Positions 51,233-63,987 of a DNA stretch of 64,000 nucleotides are shown here, piece after piece. Origin of the DNA: Dimorphilus gyrociliatus (lineage: Eukaryota > Animalia > Annelida). The first letter of the stretch is position 1. Each line of letters begins with the position of its first letter. A program made the translations under genes and the position numbers. Under the pieces are notes generated by a model, which was given only the letters and a program-made list of their open reading frames with translations, was not told where the DNA came from and ran no database searches. The stretch lies in assembly GCA_904063045.1 (NCBI GenBank), contig CAJFCJ010000024.1:62001-126000 (forward strand), in the 5' to 3' direction.

Positions 51233-53195
51233 TTATGGAAGAGTCTTGTATGGATTCAAAATTCCTTTAGGATCCATATGATCTTTAAGTCTCTCCATTA
51301 AGTCGACGGCCGTTTTACTTTTCGATAAGTTGATGTGCTTGTTCTTTTGTGTACCTAAACCATGTTCCGCACTAATACTCCCCTTCTTCTCTGCCACCCA
51401 TTCAAAGATAAATGGTTCTAATAATTCTTGGACCTCTTTTGAATTTTCCCATTCCAATTCAACGGTAAGGTGGATATTTCCTAAATTCCACATATAGGAA
51501 TTTTGAAAAAGATAGTATGTACGTATATTTTTCGCCTTTTTTTGTACGCCTACAGCTTTTACGTAGGCTTTTACTAACCGTCTCCCAAATGTCCAAAACC
51601 GCTTACAGACGAAACAAGATTTCCGAGACGGCGTCTCAAAATTTGCGTCAATTCGTCGAACAATCGAACGCTTAAGCTGAAGTCGTAGGCCATAGACGCC
51701 TTCGGAGAGGATCCGCGGTCTGCTATGCGTTCTCGTAGTTGCCATAGCGACTGTCCGGTAGCGTTTAAATCAAGGATCCTTTGCACTTTTAACCCTACGT
51801 TAACCTCATCCCACCATCCCCCTACGTAATTTAAGCTTCATATTTTATATACTTACGTTGACTTTTGATGGTTCAGTAGCAAGCACTCCATCAGCAGCGA
51901 ATCCGCCATCTAGAGCATTGTTCAAGAAGGTATTCAATTTCTCCTCGTCATGCGATGCATTAGAACCCGACGTCTCAATTAAACAATAGAAGGGATATTT
52001 GTCTAGAGGACATTGGAGGCCTAGATTTTGTCTAACCATCTCCATGGCTGTGGAGTCCATATATTCAAAAGCGGATAGAATCTCCCCCAATTTCCCCTTG
52101 GCAACATCTAACGTCTCCAATACACTTTTGTAGTCCGGGCAACCTGTATTTATTTTTTAAGACAGTAATAATTTCCGCAGAGGGTGGATTGTTTAAAACT
52201 TAACCAAGTAAGGCGACGTTAACACTTTTAGGCTGTTTGGCACAAAGGATCGACACTTTCGTTACAACACCTAAATTTCCTTCCGAGCCTATAAATAATT
52301 GCTTCAAATCATATCCAGTATTATCTTTCCTAAGTGTAGACAAGCAATCGATTATTTCCCCGTTAGCCAACACCTGCAATGGTTTAAAAGACGAAAAATT
52401 TTTAATATTATATTACAGAGAATTTCCATACAGCTTCTAAACCCAAAATGGATCCGTGTAAAGATCCATAACGTAAGAGTCGGAGACCGCCAGCATTCGT
52501 CGAAACATTTCCCCCTATCTGGCAGGAGCCCTTAGCCCCCAGGTCATAGGGAATTATATAATCAAATTCCCTCGCGTACTCGTCCAACTTCTCTAATATA
52601 CAACCGGATTCACAAGTAAGGACGCCTGAGAAAGCGTCGAAATTAATTATTCGATTCATTCGCTCAGTGGACAAGATAACCTCGTCGAAAACTGGTACGC
52701 TACCCCCAACTAAGCCCGTATTACCTAGATAATTTGAAGATATTTAGCAACGGAAATACATGGTTAATCGGGAACCAAACCTCCTTGTACTGACACAGCT
52801 ATTTTTCTCTCATTACAATACCCCAATATTTTTGATATCTCTTCTGCAGACTTGGGCCTAAGAACTAGGTCGCTTTTACCTAATTAACCCGTAATTGCTT
52901 TATTGTGTAATTCTTAGTGTAAATAGTACTAACCTCTGACAGTTTTCAGCCAATCTGTATTGTAACCACTTAAGTCCTCGTCCTTCGAACTCAGTATTTG
53001 ACCCGAATTCGTCAAAATCTTTTTAAAAGCTTCTATATCATAATCCTGCAAAATTGCAAAGTCCCCCCGTTTTAAATGAGGATATCTGTCACTGGTGTAC
53101 GGAATATTTTCCAACCGACGACTAGTCGTTAAAGACCTAGTTATGGTGAGCGATAGTAGACGGTTTTTATAGATTTTCATCAAATATCTATTCAT
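51233..53195 (-). CDS. D2HGDH: D-2-hydroxyglutarate dehydrogenase-family FAD oxidoreductase. Shared exons: 52934-53195, 52781-52879, 52432-52724, 52205-52373, 51857-52143. Cassette A exons: 51579-51750, 51233-51480.
   Basis: Presequence-like N-terminus, [103 protein letters not shown]. Confidence 0.95.
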
Positions 53196-53596
53196 GTTTG
53201 CTGCTATTCTGTAATAGTCTTTGTGATTGTCAAAGGTTAAGGTGTAAAGTACTTTACTAGGTTATCTATTTTTAGAGACTTTCCTTGAAAATTTCTAAAA
53301 ACTAGATAGGAACAAAAGGGGATTGTATAACGAAGACAATGTTATAGAGGGCGCTCATCCATTTCTCAGATAGATGGCATTCTTTAATGAAAACAGCACA
53401 ATAGCTGAGACCTATTAAATGTATGAATAATATATGATATTGCAAATTGAAATACATGAAAACTGACTGCTTATTGTCTTTTTTTCAACACATCAAGTTG
53501 ATAATTCATGGATTATGAAAAGATTAGTTAATTATAGTCTGGTTCCCAGTCGCCAAGCAGTCTAAGGTCTAAAAAGGTTTAATAAATTATTTGAGA

Positions 53597-53691
53597 TATA
53601 ATTTATATATATATATATATATATAAAGAGAGAGAGAGAGGAAGAGAAAGAAAGAGAAAGAGACGTATGTGTGTTGTGTATGTGTCTACAA

Positions 53692-53724
<33 letters not shown>

Positions 53725-53760
53725 CTGTATATACTGTATATAGTACACATAGTATATATA
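53597..53760. repeat. Compound (TA)n/(GA)n low-complexity tract
   Basis: Read directly. It generates the spurious Ile/Tyr-rich ORFs in the track. Confidence 0.8.
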
Positions 53761-55034
53761 AACTACTAAAGAGATGAAAACGTATTAAGAGGAGCAAAAC
53801 GGTATATAGAAACCGTCTAAATAGCAGAAAGTAGAATTTACTTAAAAATTATTGCATAAAAGAAAATCAAGTAGATCATGAGATCAAGCCATTAGCATCC
53901 AACCCATTAGAGGAAGCTGTGCATCAGCTGAAGTTTTACTTTAGTGTGACAAAACCTGGAGACCGGAACGTCTACATTAGAGGCCCTTTCGATCTCAACA
54001 AAACAAAAAGAGAGAACCTCATTCTTATCATCCTATAATACCAAACATAAATGCTATATATACTTTATAAATGCTCTATATATTTATACATAAACTAGAC
54101 AGTTTATTAACTCTATTTGAACTAGGTTTTTACGTTTATTGAGAAAGTACTTTGCAAAAATTTAGTGTTTATAAACTGAATGAATAACTTGATCGATTCT
54201 AGAAATTTTCTTAATGCCTTACTAATATTCTTCTATCCAATTGCATTTATTATATAAAGACAGATGGAATAGGGCTATGGAAGCCCTAAATAATTCACTA
54301 CAATGTCTAATTTCTTTGAAGGACCTCTTATAAATCCACATTTGTATTGGTTACTTAATGGAATGTACGACCACTTTTTCAGGTTGTCAACTTCCATTAT
54401 ATCCATTATGAGCAAGCAATGGCCGCTTATATATTATATAATGTACTAGCTTCTATTAGTATTATGAGTATTTTGGCCACGATATAATTCATAGGAAAGC
54501 GTCTTATATAATGTAACAGTGTATACACTGTATTGTATATCTATCTATATAGAGAGACTTTTAAGGAAATTTATCTATAGGATTACTTCTCTTATACCCA
54601 TCAACTTAAGTTGAAAGCAATTGAAAAGCATCTATCCGATTAGAAAATAATTAAAAATAGTTATTTTTTAATTTACTTTCTTCATTTACTTTAAAATCAA
54701 TAATATTTTACGGTTAAGATAATTTTATCATTGTTCGAAATTCTTAAATCTAAATATACATTTTCTTATCAATGTAAAATATAAATAGATAATAAGTTTA
54801 TATTGTTAAAGAAGAATATCTTATTATAAACTTCTCGAAAATAAACTGGTAGAAACGCCTTGAATTTTTTAATGAAACAAAACATTCATATTTCTAGTTT
54901 ACTTTTAAATAGCTTACTTTTGAACTACAGAGGAAAACAACGACAATAAAAACTGGTTATTTGAATCCTTCAAGTGTCTACTGTTTAATTATATCACAAT
55001 TATTGTAATGTAATTAACAAAACTATAAATAAAG

Positions 55035-58000
55035 ATGAATTCAATAAAAAGGAAACATCTCTTATTTATTGCGGTTATATTTATGCAATTATACTTTACT
55101 ACCGGAAACGGTAAGAATGCAGTTGGAATATAAGAGCCCAGAGTAAACAATGGGTATTATTAATTATCATGAATTTTAGGTAGAGTTGAATTAAATGGAC
55201 CGGAAGGGGTGCAATTCACAAGAGTTGATACAAAACATGTTGATATTTTTGTAAATAATAAAAGATGGCTAATACTAGATGAGCCATGGTTTATTATAAA
55301 GGGACAAAAATGCTCGGTTAGTAATGGTTGTTTGTCATTAGTTCGGCAAACTATTGAAACTGGACGTGATGTGTGGGGAAATTGGAATGCCACCAATGCC
55401 TTATTAAAGACAAAGAATGATTATTACCTAAGTTTAATGATAGTCCAATACAGGGAAATAAACGCAATTGCCTTTGGCCAGGTTAGATAAATTAATATCA
55501 TAATTAATGAAAACGTTATTTTTATTAATTTAATAATAATTATATTCATTGACAGTTGTTTCTTAACGATACAATTGGAACATCGAACAACAATTTAGAC
55601 AAGACAGGCTCAGGTTTTCCAGTTTTTGCTACAAATGCCTCAGGTAGAATATAAATTCGTAATCATCTCATGCATATTCATTATGTTTAAAAATAGACGC
55701 CGAATTGGGGTACTATGCTGTTAGAGGTTACATGTATGGGGATGACGATAAGGTCTTTGGAAGGTTAGTACCTTTTACAAATTTTTAGTGTATTAATCTT
55801 AACAAATAATTTACGTACAGATGGGGTTCAAAAATGGATCTTAGCAAAGGCCACAAAATTGGTCCTATAAGCTTGTATGATCAAAAGGGCCGAACGGTTG
55901 TATTGTCTCATTTAAACTCTTTCATGGGCCAGTCAATTTGGCATGATGGAAATATGCTAAATTTCGGCATTGGAGGCCGTATCGAAAAAGTTCCAAGGAA
56001 TTATGCAGCCTTCAGTCTTTTATTTTTCGGTGGGGAAGAACTCGGTGTCAGAGATGTAATAATTTCTATTTAATTAGCATACTTTATATATATCCTTTCT
56101 CGACTTTTTTTGTCATTGCTAAAAATAGATATTTTAATGTTAATTTTTCAGTCAATACTTGAATGGGGTCGTCTAATGAGACTAAAATATAATTCTCAAA
56201 ATTTAAAGTACGCCGAAACAGATTTCGTTAATAATTATTTAGGATACTATACGGACGATGGTAAGTTCCTTTCGATAATTAATAGACATGCGAGCCGCAT
56301 CTCGCTTTCCAAAGGTCGTCTAATTATATGCAATATAGTACTAAAAACTGACGTTCGCAGGAAGACGGCTTCTAGCTTATGGCATTCCTAATTGGACGTC
56401 TATGCCACTTCTATTCTTTCTAATATTCGTTGATTGAAATTCTTTCTAGGGGCCTGCTATTATTATTACAAAGAACCGAATAAAACCTATGAACAGACAT
56501 TAATAGATGTTATTGATGAGGCGAAGCAACGTCGTATACCATTCAGGTAAAATCCTTTGCTATAAATTTATCAATAATTCATACAGGTGATCTGCATACT
56601 TCAGATTTATACAACTAGACTCTTGGTTCTATCCTAAACATCCAGATAATGCTGGTGGTGGAACAATCGATTGGTACCCTCATAAAAAATACTTCCCCCA
56701 AGGTTTAGAGTAAGTGAACTTTGCTGTTGATAAATAGGTTTCATCTTTTATCACGCCATCTAACGGTTTAACAATTCCATTTTCTAATATGCTTTATTTA
56801 TTTTTTCAATAGCTATTTCTTATCCTACAAATCGTTAATATTACTTTTCTTTCTTACGTTGTATATTTATTATAAATATGAATGGAAATAATAACTGTTA
56901 AAATAGCCTAGAAGAGTCAAAAAATCCTTATTTTTTATATTCTTAGATTATTAGTTAAGACTATTCATAACTCTTGTAAATATTCATTCGAGCAAGATAA
57001 ATTCCCTGATTTAAGAAGAAAAAATAAAATTCTTAAGTTCTAAAAGAAAACTCTTTATAGCGTAAACAGAATATAATAATATTCTTCTTATTCTACATTT
57101 TCCCTTTTCATATTTAAACAAAGTAAAAGAAACATCTCTAATCCAAATTACAATTGTATATTTACTGGCTTATCTACTTGTGTACTACTATACAGTTATA
57201 CATTGTATACAGTATATAAACAGTATATATAGGACAAAAAACACTCTACATTTTCTATATTTATATTTATATATTTGTTTACTTATATAAATCAATATTT
57301 AATATAGTACGTATCGTATAGATAGTGTACGATAAAATAATATTATTCTAGACATGTATCCAATTGGTTTGTCTTTTTCTTTAAAAAAAACAGGCATTTC
57401 ATTAATGTGACAAAATTACCGGTAACTTGCCATGGGAAATGGTGGTCGACGAAAACACCTTTGGCAAAGCAAAATGGTGGTCCCTTCGATTTTTACTTTG
57501 AAGACAAAAATGGCATGGCCCTACCCATTGATCCTGTATGATCAACAGCTTTTAAAGAATTTCCTACGTGCTTTTACTTTAATAAAAACCTTCTTTCATA
57601 TTTTTTCTTTTTTTTTTTAAGAAATTCTGGGATTTTATACTTGGGAGAGCCCGTCAATGGGGTTTGATTATGTTCGAACAAGACTGGCTGGGCCAGATGT
57701 TCGATTGGATGGATATTCTTCAAACAAATATAACTATCGGTGAAATATATATGAGGCAATTTGCCGAAGGTTCGCGGAAAAATGGACAAGTCGTTCATTT
57801 GGCAACAGCGTATCCAAGACACGTTATGGCTGGTTTACAATTCGACATTGCGACCGAAGTTTGTATTTTAATAATAACAAAAAACAGCAATCTCTAAGGA
57901 GTTTGTTATCACAAAAAAAACTTTCAATATATAGGGCAGAACCTCTGAAGACTTTGCTTTGCAAAATTACCAATGGAGAATGGGTGTTACGTCAATATTT

Positions 58001-59111
58001 GCTTTTGCTATGGGGCAAAAGCCTACTAAAGATACTTTTTGGACAACCTCGGTTCAAAAGTGTCCTCATTACGCTCGTTGGTCTATTAGATTACATTGAT
58101 TACAAATTGAGAAGATAAACTAATACTTTTTGCATATTTCCACCATTAGATTTAATTGGAAAATATCCAGATTTAGAAGTTGCTATCAGTACGATAAGCG
58201 GAGGGGTCGTTGGTTCTGGCGATCAGATAGGCAAGACGAATAGAGAGAAATTAATGAAATGTTGCAACGATGACGGATTGATATTAAAGCCAGAAAGGCC
58301 CGCTATGGCTATCGATCCTATGTTGTTAGAAAGAGCTTTCAAAGAAGGTCTAGGACCTCGTGGTACATCTGAAGTGACATCAACATATTCAATAGTCAGT
58401 GGTTTCTTTTTTGGAATAATTTTAGCTGCTGATTTAAATACTACGTACGAGATTACCCCTAAAGCAGCTGGATTTAACTATGATGTAAGTTACTTGAAGA
58501 CAATTAGTTAATTACTTAACAATTATGAATAATAAATTTATTAATTCTTTTAATTTTCCCTTTTCCTTTACGATAGTACCCGGAGAGTGTCATTTATTCG
58601 TATAATAATTTTAAACACTCGCTACCTTTCTCCAACAATCAACCATATAGCATCAATAACTGCACTATGAAAAACTTTTGTATGCTATATACGACGCCAA
58701 TATTTAGAATTGGGTGAGTAGCTTTTAAGCATTTTCTCTCATTGAGATGTGCACTATGATACTATTTATATAGTATATATATAAACGAAACGAGAAGATT
58801 GATTAGGTAGACCAGTATCGACTATGTGCATTTTTAGGATTTTCCCATGAAACTCTGTCTAAGCAGTGCATATTATTTATAGGAACTCCGAAGTTCTTCT
58901 CTTAGGGGAAATGACGAAATGGGTACCCATGAGTTCGAAGCGCTTCAGAAGTTTAAGTGTAATGGGTACTGGTATAATTATGAAAGTTTATGGAGCGCCC
59001 GAAGAGCACGTTTACATATCTTTACAAATCGATAGGAAACTATTCACTATCGATTGCAAACTAGACCTTTCCGGATACGGTATCTTCAACTCGAACACGA
59101 TGTCATGTTAA
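55035..59111 (+). CDS. Uncharacterised secreted or signal-anchored protein, probable clan GH-D (GH36/Sip1-like) glycoside hydrolase fold, about 14 exons
   Basis: Exon 1 (55035-55110) is a signal peptide. Phase-consistent exons give LGYYTDDGACYYY, FIQLDSWFYPK, MFEQDWL, GRTSEDF, STISGGVVGSGD, MKCCNDDGLILKP and LLGEMTKWVPMSSKRF. Confidence 0.8.
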
Positions 59112-60300
59112 CAATACTTAACTCTCTTTCCCTAAAACTCTATAACTAAGTTTTATATACTCTTTATTGAATTATTACAATTGCTCATTTTTATGATTTT
59201 TAAACACTCTTAATCATACTCACAATCGCTCAAGAAATACATAATGTCGTTTGAACAATACAAGCTAAGTCTTTATATGATTAGCACAGAATTTTTTTCA
59301 TTATAACTACACTTGGTGTTATTCAACGATGAATAAGTTATTAATAAAAATTCAGTGGATTATTATTCCCTTTACAAAAGTGACAATTCTCTTTTACCCT
59401 ACTGACATACTTAATTTTTTTTCTAACGTTGTGTAAAGTAACCCGAGATTTACAGGAAATTGGATGGAACTAACAAAAGCGGAATCGAATTGAGAGGAAT
59501 TATTTAAAAATTTACCCTCTTATTAACTTAATCCATTTTATTTGACAGACTATTTTTTAAATCAACTTATTTGATGAGATTTATAAAGAAATAAAAGTAA
59601 AAATTATGTAATTTACTTTATTTTATTGATCAATACATACTTAGATTTAATCTAAGTACTTATATAAATACATATTTATGTTACATAGAATATATACAAT
59701 ATCTAATATATACTGTATATAAGTACTGTATTTTCAGTATATATATATATATTTATACATTTATTGTTAACATTATCTATAAATCAATCTATTAAATTTC
59801 ATCTAAATAGCTATACTGAAACTGTATTTGTATTCATTTTTATAATCTTTGTAATAAATAAGAAACTGGAGCAAATTAATGTGTAATAAATAACAGCCAG
59901 GTGAAAATAATTATTTCTTATTTCTTAATAGGCTATAAATTATTGATTCGAAATATCTTTTGTATTGTAAAATCAGTTGTTAGATAATCGTTTAATACTT
60001 CTTTAATTAGCTCCAAAAAATAAAATACCCTTTTCTTCTCTCTCTTCTTTTGCCTCCTTCTATTCTCTTTCTACTTCTTATTGGGCTTTTTTTGCCTATT
60101 CTTTCCATTTCCTTTTGTCTTACTTTCTTTTATAATATTCACACTTAATTTGCATATTAGTGTTGTATAGTTTAGTTTAGTCATAAAAAAGGTCCATATA
60201 AATATATATACTATATATATATTTTTTTTATAATACAATCTTCTGTATAATATATACAAAATAGCAGAAAAGGGAGAAAAAATGCACCGGTTAAGGAATT

Positions 60301-60882
60301 TTAATTTATCACTCGTACTTCGTCAACAGCACCTGCTAAACGAATGTTTTCTGCACTGTGAAATTTACTTAAATTGGATTTCGGTTCTCCCAATCTAGAA
60401 CATCCTAAGACTCTTGGTAAAGTCAAGGAGGAACTTGTTCTGAATCCTAATTCACTTTGTACCATCCTTGTGGATAGAAGAGGAGTTTGAACCTTAAGAC
60501 ATCGATTTAGGCACTTCGCAAGATCTTCATCTACAGTACGAGGTGTAGGTCTGCACGTTTGAGTTGACCGTCGCTTTCTTTTAAGTCGAATTATCCAGGG
60601 AAGTTCATCATGGATAATTGATGATCCTTTCCCACTGTCAACATCCGATACTGAAGGTGATAACGATTTCACATACGCTTTTCCAATCGCTTTTAAGTCG
60701 TAAGGACGGCGGTGTTGTACAAGAACCGGCAAAGAATCCTTAGGTTTAGGTGAAGGTAGACGTTTAAAAGCCTTTACTCTAATAGTGTTTAACTTCTTAA
60801 CCTGTGTTTCTGGAACGGATAAATCTATTCTTGTAGGTTGTCTTTGAATTGAAGAACTCATGTTATGGGTACTCCTGTCCAT
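60301..60882 (-). CDS. Orphan basic Ser/Pro/Arg-rich protein, 193 aa, apparently single exon
   Basis: 582-nt ORF with coding-like GC content in an AT-rich background. No recognisable domain. Confidence 0.55.
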   Translation of the reverse strand: MDRSTHNMSSSIQRQPTRIDLSVPETQVKKLNTIRVKAFKRLPSPKPKDSLPVLVQHRRPYDLKAIGKAYVKSLSPSVSDVDSGKGSSIIHDELPWIIRLKRKRRSTQTCRPTPRTVDEDLAKCLNRCLKVQTPLLSTRMVQSELGFRTSSSLTLPRVLGCSRLGEPKSNLSKFHSAENIRLAGAVDEVRVIN

Positions 60883-61192
60883 TTATTTTGAAATAAAAAT
60901 ACTTATAATATCCTTTTTGTGCAAGTACAACTTGTTTTTGAGACTGTGGCAATAGCTATTAAGCCTGTTAATCCTCAATCTATTCACTGCGCATTTTTCT
61001 TACATACTTAATCCAATGAATAAGAAAGGTCTATGCTAATTTTATTCACTCAATTAACTAGGTAGTCGGAATTACTAATTAGTGTATATAATTTTTTTTT
61101 ATTTGAGTTACAAGCAGTTCACTCACAGTGAGACAAGTGCTTTTATAAAACTAAGATCAAATATCTATATCAATATGTATCCAAGAGTAAAC

Positions 61193-63111
61193 CTAGTCAA
61201 AGGGATTTAAACTCCGAGGAACAGGAGTTAAAGTATGGCAAAGAGATTTCATCCAATTGTCACCATTTATAATTGATGTTGAAGCGACTATGTATTCGGC
61301 AGGAGCATCATCCAATTGAGAGAGAAATCTAATTTTTTGGTAGAAAGTACATATTTAATGATTATTTACATAATATTCTTTTTAAATATTGGACTGTACC
61401 TTAAAGCTGCAATTTCAGCAAAAGTTACACCACCAATAAAAAAGACTAGAGTACACTTTGGCTGGGAAGATGAGAAAGAGCTTGGATTATTTGCAACTTG
61501 AACTTCTTGAATTGTTGGTCCAGGTATATGTGACAAAACATCTTCAATACTCCTCCAACCGGGTCTATGAAGAAATTGTGCCAGTCTAACCGTTAAAGGA
61601 GCATAACCACTATACGTATAAGATATATCTTTAGGATTTTGAATGTTAACATCTTCAACAGTTAATTTTAAAGTTTTCCTCAATGTTGAATACGTTTTTA
61701 AATTTGATGTATGAACTTTAATTAGGCCAGCTCTTTCTAAATTTTGTAGAGTTATAATATTCTCAAAGCCATAGGCTAGAAGAATATCTCGTTTATATTG
61801 TTCAAATACTTTCGGTTTTAATCCATTTGAACAATAAGATTGAATACAAATTAAACGTAGAACTTTATTTAGAGACACTCTCTTAGCTATATACTTTTCA
61901 ATAATTTCATGTGGCTTATCCGAATGAGAACCCATATAAAATTGTTGTTGAACGTCCAAACATTCTATGAAATCATGAGAATGAACTTCCTAAAACATTT
62001 TAATTTATTACTCAATGATTCTTGATGATAACTTTTAAATATAATAGTAATTAACAATGCCTACCTGATGGATAATGTGAGCAATGTTCGTATGTAAACT
62101 TAAAGAAGACTTAACGGCTTGTATATGTGGTAATTTCATAACAAAATTTTTCATATCTTCTACAGTTTTAGCTTCGTGTCTTTCGTTACTTTGTGACGTT
62201 AATAATTTGGCTTGTTTACTCAAATAAGCTCCAACGCTATGAAAGTTTTTATCTCTTATATCCGAAAAAACTTTGTCACCAGAATTTAAAATGACTTTTC
62301 CCTTATCACCACCTGATGGAAGGCGAACGATAGTATTGTTAATCGATAGTATTTCGTCGATTAAACCTTCATAGGTTAATTGATTTAGTAAAGGACTAAG
62401 AACGTCAACTGATCTGTCAATGAGAAGTAGGTTATCTATTTGACTTTTTCCAGAATCGCTTATGTTATATTCCCTTGTCATTCTTTTTAGTATATCCCAT
62501 ACATGACCAGCACTCGCTCCCTTGCCATAAACATTTGGAATGGTACCATAAAGTTCTTGTAGAGTCATCAAACTCTTAGCTACGTAATGGAGAGATTTAT
62601 AGTCGTTGTTTATAAAGCAATCGGCAAAACAAGACGAATAGTCTAATGACAAGAGGTCGTAATCTAAAGGTAGCATTTCCAGAGGAAAATCTCCTACGTT
62701 TGTGAAGCTTTCAAGAGCTCGTAGTTCTTCCAATTTTCTAATACATAATTCGTTTTTTCTAGGAACGAAGAACAAGTGATAAGACACCTCTTCAAAAGGG
62801 TTGGAGGTATCGTTGCCAAGTATGCATCTGGCAATAGTTTGCATGAGTGAAATATTTGGACGTACGAAAAAAATAATGTTCCTAACAGCCGGTCCTGATG
62901 GGAGGGGTGCTCTCAGCGACCACATAATGATTACCTCGCAATCTTTTAGAAGAGTGTTTTCGGCAATAAGATCGAAGGGACCCATGAGAGACTCGTCCCA
63001 AACTATAGCTTTTGTCCCTTCGCAACATTCCAAACATCTTTTTAATCTTGAACGATAGGACTCACGAAGTTTTGAAACATTTATTCTTCCAACACTCAGA
63101 TGGGTCGCCAT
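61193..63111 (-). CDS. VPS33A: Vacuolar protein sorting 33A (Sec1/Munc18 family); three exons, probable start MATHLS at 63111
   Basis: MATHLSVGRINV...KAIVWDE.LMGPF.LIAE, LLIDRSVDVLSPLLNQLTYEGLIDE, YSGYAPLTVRL, LVFFIGGVTFAEIAALR|FLSQ, ending PRSLNPFD-stop. Confidence 0.95.
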
Positions 63112-63579
63112 GTTTTTGTCATGTGACACTGTTACTCAGCCATTGACAGCGCTCATACAGAATTCAACCAGCTGAAGTACAAAAAAGCTCAGACAGAATC
63201 ACGCGATGAAAAATTTGTAACGGGTTCGCCTTCCTCTTCGCTTTTCAACTGACTAAATCATTAATAGAAACCAGGTTACATAATGAACTTTGAAAAAAAT
63301 CTCATTTTTTTAATATGAAACCATAAACAAAGTGGTTATAAATTATATCTATTCAATACTTGTAAACTTGTTAAAACCTTTGCCGAACTTCTATTTCTAA
63401 AAAAGTTCTTTTCTTTTTGAGATTTATGCTTAAAATATATGTGGGTCATTACTGTGAATGACCTTGCCACAGAGATACGTGAAGATCAAATAAAAAGCCG
63501 GTATCACATTGGATGCGAGACTTGATTGGTAAAGAACTATATTTTATTTAAAATATAGTTGAAACTTACCAAATAAAAG

Positions 63580-63987
63580 ATGGGAAAAGGTTCCTTTCAT
63601 GACAATCTTAATCTTAATACTCTAACCTTAGAGGAAGTTCAAAAGCATAATACTAAAAAAGACAGATGGATCATCATAGACGGTTCTGTTTATGACGTGA
63701 CAAACTTCGCTAAAAGACATCCTGGAGGAGAGAAGATTATACAGGGTTATGCTGGCCAAGATGCAACGGTAAATTGAATAACCATTTATTATCCTTTAAA
63801 CTATAATAAAAATATTTTTTAAAACACGTGAAATTCATTCTGTTCTTCTCTTTCCTTAAAAATATACTACAATATTTAGGATGCTTGGACTGCATTCCAT
63901 ATTGATAGATCAATGGTTTCTAAATATATGAAACCGCTTCTCGTTGGAAAACTCGAGCATTCGACTGAATATAAAAATTCAAAAAGG
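63580..63987 (+). CDS. FADS: Front-end fatty acid desaturase (FADS1/2-like delta5/delta6), 5' part only; exons 63580-63768 and 63880-63987, runs off the window
   Basis: Cytochrome b5 domain with [20 protein letters not shown]...GQDAT|DAWTAFH...[11 protein letters not shown] and MGKG start. Confidence 0.88.

Noticed and set aside
53836-54037. Met-less ~68-codon plus-strand open frame (KPLASNPLEEAVHQLKFYF...)
   Set aside because: No start, no clear splice sites and no homology recognised.
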